From the NCBI RefSeq assembly GCF_000009705.1, contig NC_003272.1, forward strand, positions 4,860,001-4,892,000: a stretch of DNA of 32,000 nucleotides, in the 5' to 3' direction. Under the pieces are notes generated by a model that saw nothing but the letters and a program-made list of their open reading frames with translations, made no database searches and was not told the origin of the DNA. Numbering within the stretch: the stretch's first letter is position 1; each line of letters opens with the position of its first letter. A program made the position numbers and the translations under genes. This stretch comes from Nostoc sp. PCC 7120 = FACHB-418 (lineage in GTDB: Bacteria > Cyanobacteriota > Cyanobacteriia > Cyanobacteriales > Nostocaceae). Shown in pieces: positions 1 to 8,575 of the stretch.

Positions 1-77
1 GGTAGGTTTTCAGAGAAGCCAATAGTCATTACTTGAGGACTTACGCATGAAAACGAAAAATCAAGGGTTTGGAGAAG

Positions 78-120
78 GGTATAGGGGTGTCAATGTTTAA
101 AATCCTTACACCCCTATATC
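78..120. repeat. Stem-loop GGTATAGGGGTGT-N17-ACACCCCTATATC just downstream of the nrdJ stop. Belongs to a dispersed ACACCCCTATAC repeat family.
   Basis: Arms 78-90 and 108-120 pair over 13 positions with one G:U. The arm plus loop (GGTATAGGGGTGTcAATGTTTAAAAtCC) recurs in reverse complement at 21611-21650. Confidence 0.6.
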
Positions 121-195
121 CTTACCCTCTTATACCCAGTCTTAACAGGAAACCTGGGTGTGTAAGTCCTATACTTTTGACTATTGACTTTGGAA

Positions 196-3100
196 TTAAT
201 TAGGACTTTGTTCAGGCATCATGCACTTATCAGAGTCACAACCGGCTGGGCCGACTTCCATTAAATCGCCGAAATCGTAGCGACTTAAGACGGCGTAAAA
301 ATCATCTGTTTTACGACGTTGTACAACTTCTTTCACCATTTGCTCATACTGTTCTTTTGAGATTGGCTCAAATGGTAAACGGGGGAAGGTTTGGTGGTCA
401 TCGAATCTGGCGAGGAGTGCTGCACTGATGTAGCCTTCATCATTTTGAATGGCTTGCCAGATTTGTGTGCCTAAGGTTTCCACTTCGTGTTCTCGCACTT
501 CGATGGTTGCAGATGTGTTGTGGGTGACATAGAATTTCTGCACCTGCATATAGAAATCCATTTGGGCGATCGCATTAAATTTGCTAATGTCGATGGTATC
601 CGCCCCCGGTATATCAGCCCAAGATACAGCCACGGGGATTTCTACTAACCATTCACTCACCCGTGGATCTAACGGATCGTTCAGCAAATTACCCTGTTCA
701 TCCTTGTCTGACTGGGAAGGTATGACATTGTAACCGTAGTCAATACAAGCCAAAGCCACCGGGTCATTTTTGCGGAATGTAATCCGACGAATAAACCTTT
801 GAGCTTTGGGGGGATGCCAACCGGGACTAGCACCAGTTAATAAAGACTTTGTGCCACTAGGTTGGACGGTGGTACAGCGATTTGGACGCTTAATGTTATG
901 GCGATCGCAATAATCCCACACAACACGCTGCACAATCTCGCGCCAAGAACTGAGGTATTTTTCTTCCTCGCGCTTAAATGCCAATCCTTGGGGCGTTGCT
1001 GGTCGTCCTGCTTCCCACCATTGCAGCCACTCTGCACCAAAAGCATGAACAAAGAAATCAAATAAACCAGTGAAAGAAACACCGACAATGGGGTCTAGTT
1101 CCCGACTATATTGATAACGCGGTTCTGGGAATTTGTGATTTAACAGTGTCGCTACAGACAAAGCCCCAGCAGTGAAGGCCTCCTCTTGTTCTTTGTAATT
1201 AAATGGGTCAATTTGATTTAAGTGGATTTCCGATAAGTTGCAGTGAAAATTGCTACCTATTATTTCTCCGCACGGATTTAAAGCATAACGAGCCAAACGG
1301 TGTTTTAGCTCTTTTTCATCAAAATGAGGGTGTCGTTTTTGCAACCAGTCTTTAGCCGTTCCTTGTTCATAAGCTTTGAGAAACTCTACTTTCAAAGCTT
1401 GTGTTGGTAGTAAATCAATATTGGCTCTAGCTACAGCTTCACCAGCCCATTGAATTGCCCCTTCGCCACTGTAGTATTGTTTACGTACAGCATCAACGCA
1501 CTCTTCTAATGTGGGCTTGCGGTGAAAGACTCTGGTGTGGTTCGCCATCCGCAAAGAATCACGCTCAGGATCAATACGCCATCTGCCATTTTCATCTTGC
1601 TGCCATAGGTTATCTTTGGCAGCTGCCCCTAATTGGTCATCAGAGATGAACTGACGCATTCCGGCACTGTTATGTGTGAGATAGCCGTCGCAGTAGAAGC
1701 AATGAGCTTCATCGACTTCTATATCATAGGTTTGAACATGATCGTAACTGCCTAATCCTTTCACTGTGACAGGAATATCTAAGGAAATATCTGCCTCAGC
1801 AACGTAGCGTTCGTAATTAGCATCTACAGTACGGGAGCCTTGAAATCCCATCTCGCGCATTTCGCTGTAGGTGTAAGTTTCCCGCATGACTGCACCAGGA
1901 ACGGTAAAACCATACATTTTCAGGCCTTGACGTAGTTCACCTTTAGCTGAATGCGGCGAAATCAGGGCATTGTAACGCTCCTTTAGCGCTGGAATTGTCA
2001 AGTTGTATTTGACTTGCCAATTTGAATTTTGCGGGTAAGTTGTGGTAAGTCTCCCAGCAATACCCAGGCTAGATAGAACTACACTTACTTGTCGAATAAA
2101 TGACCGATAAACTGAGGTAATTAGGTGAGGAGGACGGTTATTAACAGCACCATCACTATCCATTAAGCCAGCTAGATATGCAGCCCTGATATCTACTGAA
2201 CCTTGCAAGATAAAACTAGGAACTGTCAGGGGAATATTGGGCTGTTTGATGTGACGATGGAAATACTCAGCTAGCCGAATTGATGAACAGATTGATTTGG
2301 CAGTGTTCTCACCTTTGGTAATGCTATGAACAGCACTCAAGCCAAATAAAGCCAAAGCAGCATCGATTTTAGCTTGTATTCTACTTGTGACTTCAGCATC
2401 TAGGCTGTTCATTGACCACTCAACACGACCGTATGGTTTATCGTATTTATTGCGCCCAAGAGCTACATAGCCATCACCGTGGGTAAACCCGATGAGCCAA
2501 GCCACTTCCGCCGTTAGTTCAGGAACAACGAAGGATTTAGCTGTGCGGCTGTGGGAGGGACGAGATTCTGTAAAATCGGCGGGTAGATGGGTAACTGTAC
2601 CAGGTAGAACTTGCTTGTTGTGCAGTAGGCGATCGCCTGCTTCTAAACTAGCAATATGTTTCCAGACAATGCCACCCTTAGCATCTTCTAACACAGCTTG
2701 TCTGTGGTTTAAAGTCGCCCTGGGGTAGGTGGCATTAGTTTCAATTTCGTAGACATCTTGAAACCCTTGGTCGAATTTATCAACAACTCGCCGGAATCCT
2801 AAAGGAGTCTGTACCAAGTCACCAACTTGCACGTCACGAATCGGAACTAAACCTTTAGCAGTATGAACTAAAGCATCTTCTGGGAGACAACGCCGGATAT
2901 TGCCTGCAACAATTGTTACAGCACCTTCGTCAATCAACAGACAGCACTCTACAGAATTTAATTTTCTGCCTAAGGCTTTGTTGAGAATGGCTGCACAACG
3001 CTGATAAAGTCCAGGTAATTTAACGGGATTGGCAACGCCACCAAAACCGTTGAGGGTTTCCCCAGATTGGCGCACGTCGCTAACATCAACAAACACTTGT

Positions 3101-3714
3101 ACTTCATCAGTAAATCTTTCATCTGTGGAGAGTTCCAGAAGGGCTTGATAAGATTCAACCCAACCCTCACGGCTATCTCCAACGTAGATAGTAGCGCTAT
3201 TGCCTTCTATATGGGTTTGTGTATATTCACGACGTAAATGTTTAGGGGTAGTACCAATTTCCCCTTTAACAATGATATTCAGGTGATTACGAATGGGTGG
3301 CAGTTGATTAATATATTCCGGTTCGATGACGGCTCCCGTGCCACACCCCATCATCGCTAGGTTCATCATCAACCCGAAGGCTTTCCAGTCTTGGAGGTTG
3401 GTGGATGTGCAGTTATAGGCACCGGAGAAGTTTTTGGATTTATTGATCCAATCTGTGCCGCCCACCCACAACCAGCGTCCACTGGGTAAGGCTGTTAAAT
3501 TACGCTGTGTCTTGTCTAAAATTGCTACTTCTTCCGGACTCAGCTTACCTAATTCGATTAAATCTTTGAGGGTGCGATCGCACACCTCATCCCACGTTTC
3601 CCTTAACCCCGCTTCTGTACGGCGGCTATAGGTTCTAAAAAATACCGGATTGGCAGCTGGGGCAGATTCAGGAAACCTTGCACTCTGACGTTTTCTCTCA
3701 AGCTCACGAACCAT
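196..3714 (-). CDS. nrdJ: Class II (adenosylcobalamin-dependent) ribonucleoside-triphosphate reductase NrdJ, interrupted by one intein (1172-aa precursor, 765-aa extein)
   Basis: A single 1172-aa ORF. The extein parts carry RNR-type motifs (FFRTYSR, NPCGEI, TVQPSGT). The conserved segment VAGNIRR / SAGMRQF is split by the intein. The lengths match my recollection of the published Anabaena PCC 7120 NrdJ (1172 aa with a 407-aa intein). Confidence 0.93.
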   Translation of the reverse strand: MVRELERKRQSARFPESAPAANPVFFRTYSRRTEAGLRETWDEVCDRTLKDLIELGKLSPEEVAILDKTQRNLTALPSGRWLWVGGTDWINKSKNFSGAYNCTSTNLQDWKAFGLMMNLAMMGCGTGAVIEPEYINQLPPIRNHLNIIVKGEIGTTPKHLRREYTQTHIEGNSATIYVGDSREGWVESYQALLELSTDERFTDEVQVFVDVSDVRQSGETLNGFGGVANPVKLPGLYQRCAAILNKALGRKLNSVECCLLIDEGAVTIVAGNIRRCLPEDALVHTAKGLVPIRDVQVGDLVQTPLGFRRVVDKFDQGFQDVYEIETNATYPRATLNHRQAVLEDAKGGIVWKHIASLEAGDRLLHNKQVLPGTVTHLPADFTESRPSHSRTAKSFVVPELTAEVAWLIGFTHGDGYVALGRNKYDKPYGRVEWSMNSLDAEVTSRIQAKIDAALALFGLSAVHSITKGENTAKSICSSIRLAEYFHRHIKQPNIPLTVPSFILQGSVDIRAAYLAGLMDSDGAVNNRPPHLITSVYRSFIRQVSVVLSSLGIAGRLTTTYPQNSNWQVKYNLTIPALKERYNALISPHSAKGELRQGLKMYGFTVPGAVMRETYTYSEMREMGFQGSRTVDANYERYVAEADISLDIPVTVKGLGSYDHVQTYDIEVDEAHCFYCDGYLTHNSAGMRQFISDDQLGAAAKDNLWQQDENGRWRIDPERDSLRMANHTRVFHRKPTLEECVDAVRKQYYSGEGAIQWAGEAVARANIDLLPTQALKVEFLKAYEQGTAKDWLQKRHPHFDEKELKHRLARYALNPCGEIIGSNFHCNLSEIHLNQIDPFNYKEQEEAFTAGALSVATLLNHKFPEPRYQYSRELDPIVGVSFTGLFDFFVHAFGAEWLQWWEAGRPATPQGLAFKREEEKYLSSWREIVQRVVWDYCDRHNIKRPNRCTTVQPSGTKSLLTGASPGWHPPKAQRFIRRITFRKNDPVALACIDYGYNVIPSQSDKDEQGNLLNDPLDPRVSEWLVEIPVAVSWADIPGADTIDISKFNAIAQMDFYMQVQKFYVTHNTSATIEVREHEVETLGTQIWQAIQNDEGYISAALLARFDDHQTFPRLPFEPISKEQYEQMVKEVVQRRKTDDFYAVLSRYDFGDLMEVGPAGCDSDKCMMPEQSPN
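1669..2889 (-). mobile_element. Class 1 intein (407 aa) with a LAGLIDADG homing-endonuclease domain, inserted in nrdJ
   Basis: Starts at Cys276 (codon 2889-2887, CLPEDALV, block A). TLNH forms the block B TxxH. Two LAGLIDADG motifs are present (LIGFTHGDGYV and YLAGLMDSDGAV). The C-terminal block is DIEVDEAHCFYCDGYLTHN, ending at Asn682 (codon 1671-1669) and followed by +1 Ser683. Confidence 0.92.
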
Positions 3715-4108
3715 AAATCAAGTCTTGTTGCTTGTTAACAGATTACGACTATACGCCAAGTAGATTGAGGATAAAAGATTGAAAAATTTGCCACTTTACG
3801 CTAGGCCAGTGCTGTACAAATTGCCACATAAGTTTATGGTGTATAATAACTTTTCCTACCCAGAAAGTTTATATACTGAGTTGCAATTATTAACAGTGAC
3901 AAAGCGTGAAAATGATAGGCGATAGGGCAAATTTAACTTAATCTCTACTTCCATTCAAATAACAAATTTTAGTAATAAGCAATATATATCAATCTAAAAT
4001 AAGGTGAAATCACACACCTTACGATAAATCTGACATTAGCTGATCGCCATCAAACTTAATTAACCAAGCAAAAGAGTAATATAAATTACGAATTATAAAT
4101 TATTTAGT

Positions 4109-4693
4109 ATGTCTCTAGCTCCTTGGCGAAGCGCGATCGCCCATGCTCTCCATTGTAACCGCAGCCTAGTTTACTCCCACTACTTACAACTAGCCACAGT
4201 CAAAGCAAACGGTCATCCAGCTAACCGGACTATCGTATTTCGCGGTTTTTTGGCAGACACCAACCAACTCAAATTTATCACCGATGCTCGTAGTGAGAAA
4301 ATCGACCAGATACAGCATCAACCTTGGGCAGAAGCTTGTTGGTATTTTCCCAATACCAGAGAGCAGTTTCGCATCACCGGACAATTAACTTTAGTGGCAA
4401 GTGATGAATCTCATCCTCATCTCCAACCAGCCCGGATTAGCACTTGGCAAGAACTGAGTGATGCTGCACGCTTACAATTTGCTTGGCCTCACCCTAGCCA
4501 ACCAAGAGGGGAGGATCAGGCGGCCTTTAACCCACCGCCACCAAATCCCCAGCAACCAATACCTAATTTTTGCCTACTACTATTGGAACCCACCCAGATA
4601 GACCATTTGGAATTACGAGGTGAACCACAAAACCGTTATCTTTATCGTCGTGATCATAACCAAGAGTGGACCATCCAAGGTGTTAACCCATAA
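4109..4693 (+). CDS. PPOX-class FMN-binding flavoprotein, Alr4036 family (pyridoxamine 5'-phosphate oxidase-related)
   Basis: 194-aa ORF. The N-terminal PWRSAIAHAL..., NRTIVFRGF and WYFPNTREQFRITG resemble the Alr4036-type PPOX split-barrel family as I recall it. Confidence 0.7.
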   Translation: MSLAPWRSAIAHALHCNRSLVYSHYLQLATVKANGHPANRTIVFRGFLADTNQLKFITDARSEKIDQIQHQPWAEACWYFPNTREQFRITGQLTLVASDESHPHLQPARISTWQELSDAARLQFAWPHPSQPRGEDQAAFNPPPPNPQQPIPNFCLLLLEPTQIDHLELRGEPQNRYLYRRDHNQEWTIQGVNP

Positions 4694-4730
4694 TCGGGAG
4701 CGCTGAACCCTGAGTCAAGTCGCTTTGCTC

Positions 4731-4808
4731 CAATTCAAAATACTCTACGAGACGCTACGCGTTGGCGGTTAGCTTCTCGTAAGAGATGCCGTAGGCTATT
4801 TTGAATTG
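4731..4808. repeat. 78-bp element flanked by perfect 12-bp inverted repeats (CAATTCAAAATA / TATTTTGAATTG) between two convergent genes. Possible bidirectional terminator or small dispersed repeat.
   Basis: Arms at 4731-4742 and 4797-4808. The GC-rich core contains CTACGAGACGCTACGCG, whose reverse complement is related to 23277-23300. The right arm abuts the cysE stop codon (4809-4811). Confidence 0.6.
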
Positions 4809-5570
4809 TTAAATGCCAGCACCATCTAAGAACTCTTGAATTGCCTTATCTCTGAGGTTGCACCACTGGGAATCGTGGGATCTCTCTGCTTCCTGTGAAC
4901 TTGCAGCAACCAAAGCAGGAATTTTAGCAGCAGATTGATTATTTTGTAAGGCTTGTATTTGTTGTTCTAGCGATTCAATGCGGTCAACCAAAGCGCGAAT
5001 TGCTTGAGCTTCCGAGTCTGGTAAATTGTTATGTTCTAGGGGGTCAACTCGTCCACCAGAACGATAAACAATGCGCCCAGGAATACCTACAACAGTACAA
5101 TTGGCGGGTACATCCCTAAGGACAACAGAACCAGCACCAATGCGGACGTTATTCCCGATTTGAAGATTGCCCAGTACCTTAGCACCAGCACCAACAACAA
5201 CATTTTCGCCTAAAGTAGGGTGGCGTTTACCGCTTTCTTTACCCGTTCCCCCAAGGGTGACACCTTGATAAATCAAAGCATAGTCTCCCACGATCGCAGT
5301 TTCACCAATAACCACACCCATACCGTGGTCGATAAATACACCTTGTCCAATTGTGGCACCAGGGTGAATTTCAATGCCCGTCAAAAACCGGGCTATGTGA
5401 GAAATTAAGCGGGGAATAAACGGTAATCCAAGGCGATACAGCCAGTTAGCTACCCGATGGAATAATAAGGCTTGCAAACCAGGGTAACAAAACAAGACTT
5501 CCAGCAAATTACGAGCAGCCGGGTCACGTTCAAAGATGATACGGAAGTCAGCACGCAGTATAGAGAGCAT
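4809..5570 (-). CDS. cysE: Serine O-acetyltransferase
   Basis: [35 protein letters not shown] is a typical CysE N-terminal domain. It is followed by left-handed beta-helix hexapeptide repeats ([16 protein letters not shown]..., [27 protein letters not shown]). I prefer the ATG at 5570, which has GAGGG about 12 nt upstream, over the longest-ORF ATG at 5594. Confidence 0.9.
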   Translation of the reverse strand: MLSILRADFRIIFERDPAARNLLEVLFCYPGLQALLFHRVANWLYRLGLPFIPRLISHIARFLTGIEIHPGATIGQGVFIDHGMGVVIGETAIVGDYALIYQGVTLGGTGKESGKRHPTLGENVVVGAGAKVLGNLQIGNNVRIGAGSVVLRDVPANCTVVGIPGRIVYRSGGRVDPLEHNNLPDSEAQAIRALVDRIESLEQQIQALQNNQSAAKIPALVAASSQEAERSHDSQWCNLRDKAIQEFLDGAGI

Positions 5571-5625
5571 CGAGATAGCACCCTCGGAAAGCATAACAAG
5601 GTACTATCCCATAATATCTTTAATA

Positions 5626-5657
5626 GGGATTGGGTATTGGGTATTGGGTATTGGGGA
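5626..5657. repeat. STRR-type heptamer tandem repeat (TTGGGTA x3 perfect, plus degenerate flanking copies)
   Basis: TTGGGTA at 5630-5636, 5637-5643 and 5644-5650, then TTGGGGA at 5651-5657. It lies in the cysE upstream intergenic region. Confidence 0.85.
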
Positions 5658-5707
5658 TAAAGTAAATGTTTTCTCCCCTGCTTCTCCTGCCTCTTCCAGT
5701 TCCCAAG

Positions 5708-6196
5708 CTATTGCTGTACAGTCAAAGTGTAGTTAGTTTTGACTCCAGAGTGGAATTTACCTATCCAAATTCGATAGGTTCCAGTTTTCCAGTCGATATC
5801 GTCAATGCTAGCGTCTTTACTCTTTCCTGTATCATCACCACAGCGAATTGTGGTGTCGTCTGGTCCTTGAATTAATAAAGTAGTATCTTTCCCGCCACTA
5901 TTGATGAATAATTTCAGGCGAGGAAAGTCCTTTTCCAAAACCATAATGTGATCCGGCTTAGGGTCAGCAAAGCCAATGCAGGGTTTTCTTGAGCGATCGC
6001 GGTTACTAATGGCAGACAATGAATAAGAGCCACCCGTATAACCGGAAACTTTCCCCTTTGCCGGTTCAAACCCTGGTGATAGATGAAGTGTGGCAAAATT
6101 AGCTGTCTGAGCGATGACAGGTGTCGTAATGACGGTAGTGACTATAGCCAACAGCCAACCGCCTCGCCAGTGAAGTCGAGGGCGACAATCTTTCAT
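5708..6196 (-). CDS. Secreted or periplasmic protein of unknown function (162 aa, N-terminal signal-like hydrophobic segment)
   Basis: The ORF has an N-terminal WLLAIVTTVITTPVIAQT signal-like region, followed by a mixed beta-type composition. I recognised no family. Confidence 0.6.
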   Translation of the reverse strand: MKDCRPRLHWRGGWLLAIVTTVITTPVIAQTANFATLHLSPGFEPAKGKVSGYTGGSYSLSAISNRDRSRKPCIGFADPKPDHIMVLEKDFPRLKLFINSGGKDTTLLIQGPDDTTIRCGDDTGKSKDASIDDIDWKTGTYRIWIGKFHSGVKTNYTLTVQQ

Positions 6197-6471
6197 AGCA
6201 GCCCTCCAACAGGCTCTAATAATAGTTTAGTAATGGTATATACATATTCTATTAAAAAAGTTTCGGAAAAATATAAACAGTTTGTGAAACCTTTGAATGT
6301 GGCACAAATTACGTATTTATGATTAGTATCAATTATGTTTTTTTCATGAAAATTAAAAGTTTTCACACCATCTTTATTAGAGTATATTCTTTGCTTGATA
6401 AATGCTGATGAGGAAGATTTCACTCACAAAAGTGAAAACTAGTAAGAAAAGAGGTATGTTTCACATTTTGA

Positions 6472-7515
6472 TTAATTGCTGGGATTCCAGATAAACTCTC
6501 CTATTTTATTGATATAGCCAGCCTTGCCATCAACATATACCAACGCCAGTTCATTTGTAAAACTCAAAGCCAAGTCAAATTTTGGCTGGATTACCATCTT
6601 ACCTTGAGTATTAATATAGCCATACTTGTTATCAATTTTGACGGCTGCTAATCCTTCAGCAAATTTTGTGACTCTATCAAATTCAGCAGCAATTACTATC
6701 TCACCACGAGGATTAATATAACCCCATTTTTCACCGATTTTTACTACTGCTAAGTTAAAAGTAAATTCCCAGGCATCATCAAATTGTGGTGGGATAACAA
6801 GCTTACCAGATGTATTAATATACCCATATTTATTACCAATTTTAACTGCTGCTAAACCTTGGTAAAAAGCTATGGTTTCGTCAAAACTTGGTTGTACAAC
6901 TATATGTCCTTGAGAGTTTATATAGCCCCATTTATTGTTGATTTGAACGGCTGCTAATCCTTCGTTAAAGTGTAAAGCTTTATCATACTGTGGCTGAATG
7001 ACTAATTTACCACTAAAGTCTATATAACCCCACTTTTCATCAACCTTAACTGCTGCTAAACCATTTCTAAAAGCTAAAGCTTCCTCAAATTGAGGTTGGA
7101 TAACTAATTTTCCGTTAGGGTTAATGTAGCCATATTTATAATCAATCAATACTAAAGCGAGTCTGTTGGAGAAAGCAAAGGCTAATCGAAATTGTGGAGG
7201 TATAATCTGTTTACCTGTAGTATCAATATATCCATATTTATCACCAATTTTAACCTGCGATCGCTCGTCGATAAAGCCCCACGCTAAATCAAATTGTGGC
7301 TCGATAACTATTTTGCCATTTTTGTCGATAAAACCATATTTGCCATTTTTAAGAATACGAAACAATGGACTTGTCACACGCTGAGATGCTAATGATTGAT
7401 TAGGGTTTTGCTTTTGTCTAACAATGATACTTGATGCTTGTAATTTTGGATGATAAATACCAATTAGAGCATTAATGATAGTCAAACAGAGAAAAAGACA
7501 AATATATTTCTGCAT
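6472..7515 (-). CDS. WG-repeat (KWG) containing secreted protein with 9 tandem ~34-aa repeats
   Basis: The N-terminal segment is hydrophobic. Nine repeats follow, of the form K(Y/W)GYI(D/N)xxGKxVIxPQFDxAxxFxxGLAxVK. Confidence 0.85.
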   Translation of the reverse strand: MQKYICLFLCLTIINALIGIYHPKLQASSIIVRQKQNPNQSLASQRVTSPLFRILKNGKYGFIDKNGKIVIEPQFDLAWGFIDERSQVKIGDKYGYIDTTGKQIIPPQFRLAFAFSNRLALVLIDYKYGYINPNGKLVIQPQFEEALAFRNGLAAVKVDEKWGYIDFSGKLVIQPQYDKALHFNEGLAAVQINNKWGYINSQGHIVVQPSFDETIAFYQGLAAVKIGNKYGYINTSGKLVIPPQFDDAWEFTFNLAVVKIGEKWGYINPRGEIVIAAEFDRVTKFAEGLAAVKIDNKYGYINTQGKMVIQPKFDLALSFTNELALVYVDGKAGYINKIGEFIWNPSN

Positions 7516-7549
7516 TTATTGATATGCAAATATTTTAGTAAGTTTATAT

Positions 7550-8143
7550 TTATTGATTCATCCCTTGTAAAAATTGTTTTCTTGCATCAATAATTGAAGG
7601 CATTAAAACACAGCTTACCAATAAACTTATATCTAAATCCGGGAATAACTCACTTTGATTAATTTGTTCATAATTATCATTTTTGAGACGATATAATAGT
7701 AATTGATTTTTTTCCCAAAACAAAACTTCAGTAATATTGAACCGTTTGTATTTTTCTAGTTTATCAATACTGCCACTGGTAATATTGACTTCAATTGCTA
7801 AATCGGGATTTTCTTTTTTTTCTCCGATGTAATAAGATTCATCAGGTTCAAAGGATACACTTTTTTCTTTTGCCCGTCGCGTAGCACTCCCTACTGGAAT
7901 AAAGTTTATACCTTTTTCAAAAAAGTATAATGCCAATAATATACTAATCACACTTTTAATCATTTCGTGTTGTTCACCAAGAGTCATAAATTCAATGCAC
8001 CCATCAAGATAAGTTATTCGCAAACCTGCTGCATCTGCGGTTAAAGTTTCTATTGTCTCTAATTCTTCCCAGGTATAATGACCTGGTAGGAGAAATCGCT
8101 GCTCTGAAATCGTGGTGTTTTTATTTAAGATTTGTAGTGTCAT
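7550..8143 (-). CDS. Uma2-family (DUF820) putative restriction-endonuclease-like protein
   Basis: 197 aa. YTWEELETIE..., RITYLDGCIEFM, PDLAIEV and KLEKYKRFNITEVLFW fit the PD-(D/E)xK Uma2 pattern that is abundant in cyanobacteria. Confidence 0.75.
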   Translation of the reverse strand: MTLQILNKNTTISEQRFLLPGHYTWEELETIETLTADAAGLRITYLDGCIEFMTLGEQHEMIKSVISILLALYFFEKGINFIPVGSATRRAKEKSVSFEPDESYYIGEKKENPDLAIEVNITSGSIDKLEKYKRFNITEVLFWEKNQLLLYRLKNDNYEQINQSELFPDLDISLLVSCVLMPSIIDARKQFLQGMNQ

Positions 8144-8210
8144 AGTTAGTGCTAGTAGAATAGTTTAGACAAAAATTATATTTAGGTAAATACTCAAAGT
8201 CCCATTTTTG

Positions 8211-8342
8211 ATATAGGAATCCGATTTGATTATTGAATTTATCTAAGTATCTGTAGGGTGGGCATTGCCCACAGTATCATGGTTGTGGTGGGCAATGCCC
8301 ACCCTACTTATATTTTAGAAATAAAATACTAGTCCTATATAT
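8211..8342. mobile_element. MITE-like dispersed repeat, full copy. It has terminal inverted repeats ATATAGGAAT / AGTCCTATAT and an internal perfect 20-bp hairpin.
   Basis: Internal arms are GTAGGGTGGGCATTGCCCAC (8253-8272) and GTGGGCAATGCCCACCCTAC (8288-8307). Related copies lie at 19783-19882 and 16745-16803. Confidence 0.7.
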
Positions 8343-8531
8343 GTAAAAATTTGAATATTTTTGTATAAAAATTAAGCTTAATCGAGAATAAGTCAGTAGC
8401 CTGAGCAATTTGTTTGTAAATGGAACAAATATTTAACAAATTTAACTTTTGTCGCCAATGGGATTAATAATATTATAAAAGCTTTTGTCTGACTCGGTAA
8501 ATGGCTAGCCTTTTCTTGCTCCCATTGTAAT

Positions 8532-8569
8532 CAAGCGATCGCCTGCTCTTCATCAGGTGCGATCGCTTG
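8532..8569 (-). terminator. HIP1-containing stem-loop immediately downstream of the DUF3352-like gene
   Basis: CAAGCGATCGC (8532-8542) pairs with GCGATCGCTTG (8559-8569). The stem is 11 bp with a 16-nt loop. No clear U-tract follows. Confidence 0.35.
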
Positions 8570-8575
8570 GCTAAA

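Noticed and set aside
837-3631. Six short ORFs inside the nrdJ locus (837-1088, 862-1065, 1455-1649, 2492-2728, 2970-3182, 3434-3631)
   Set aside because: All lie in alternative frames or antisense within a continuous, strongly recognisable 1172-aa ORF. Their translations are low-complexity or Cys/Arg-rich nonsense with no motifs.
3715-4108. Cobalamin riboswitch or NrdR boxes upstream of nrdJ, including the imperfect palindrome CACATAAGTTTATGGTG around 3825-3841
   Set aside because: I saw no B12-box-like GC-rich core. The palindrome has 4+11+4 spacing rather than the 16-bp NrdR-box layout, and I found no second box at the expected phasing. A proper position-weight-matrix or covariance-model scan would be needed to exclude these fully.
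5220-5875. Plus-strand ORFs 5220-5408, 5472-5660, 5536-5736 and 5666-5875
   Set aside because: They are antisense to cysE or to the secreted-protein gene, or they run through the STRR array. No coding features.
6193-6423. 76-aa minus-strand ORF overlapping the start of the secreted-protein gene
   Set aside because: The region is very AT-rich. The composition (K, N, I, F-rich) is typical of non-coding DNA, and there is no Shine-Dalgarno or recognisable motif.
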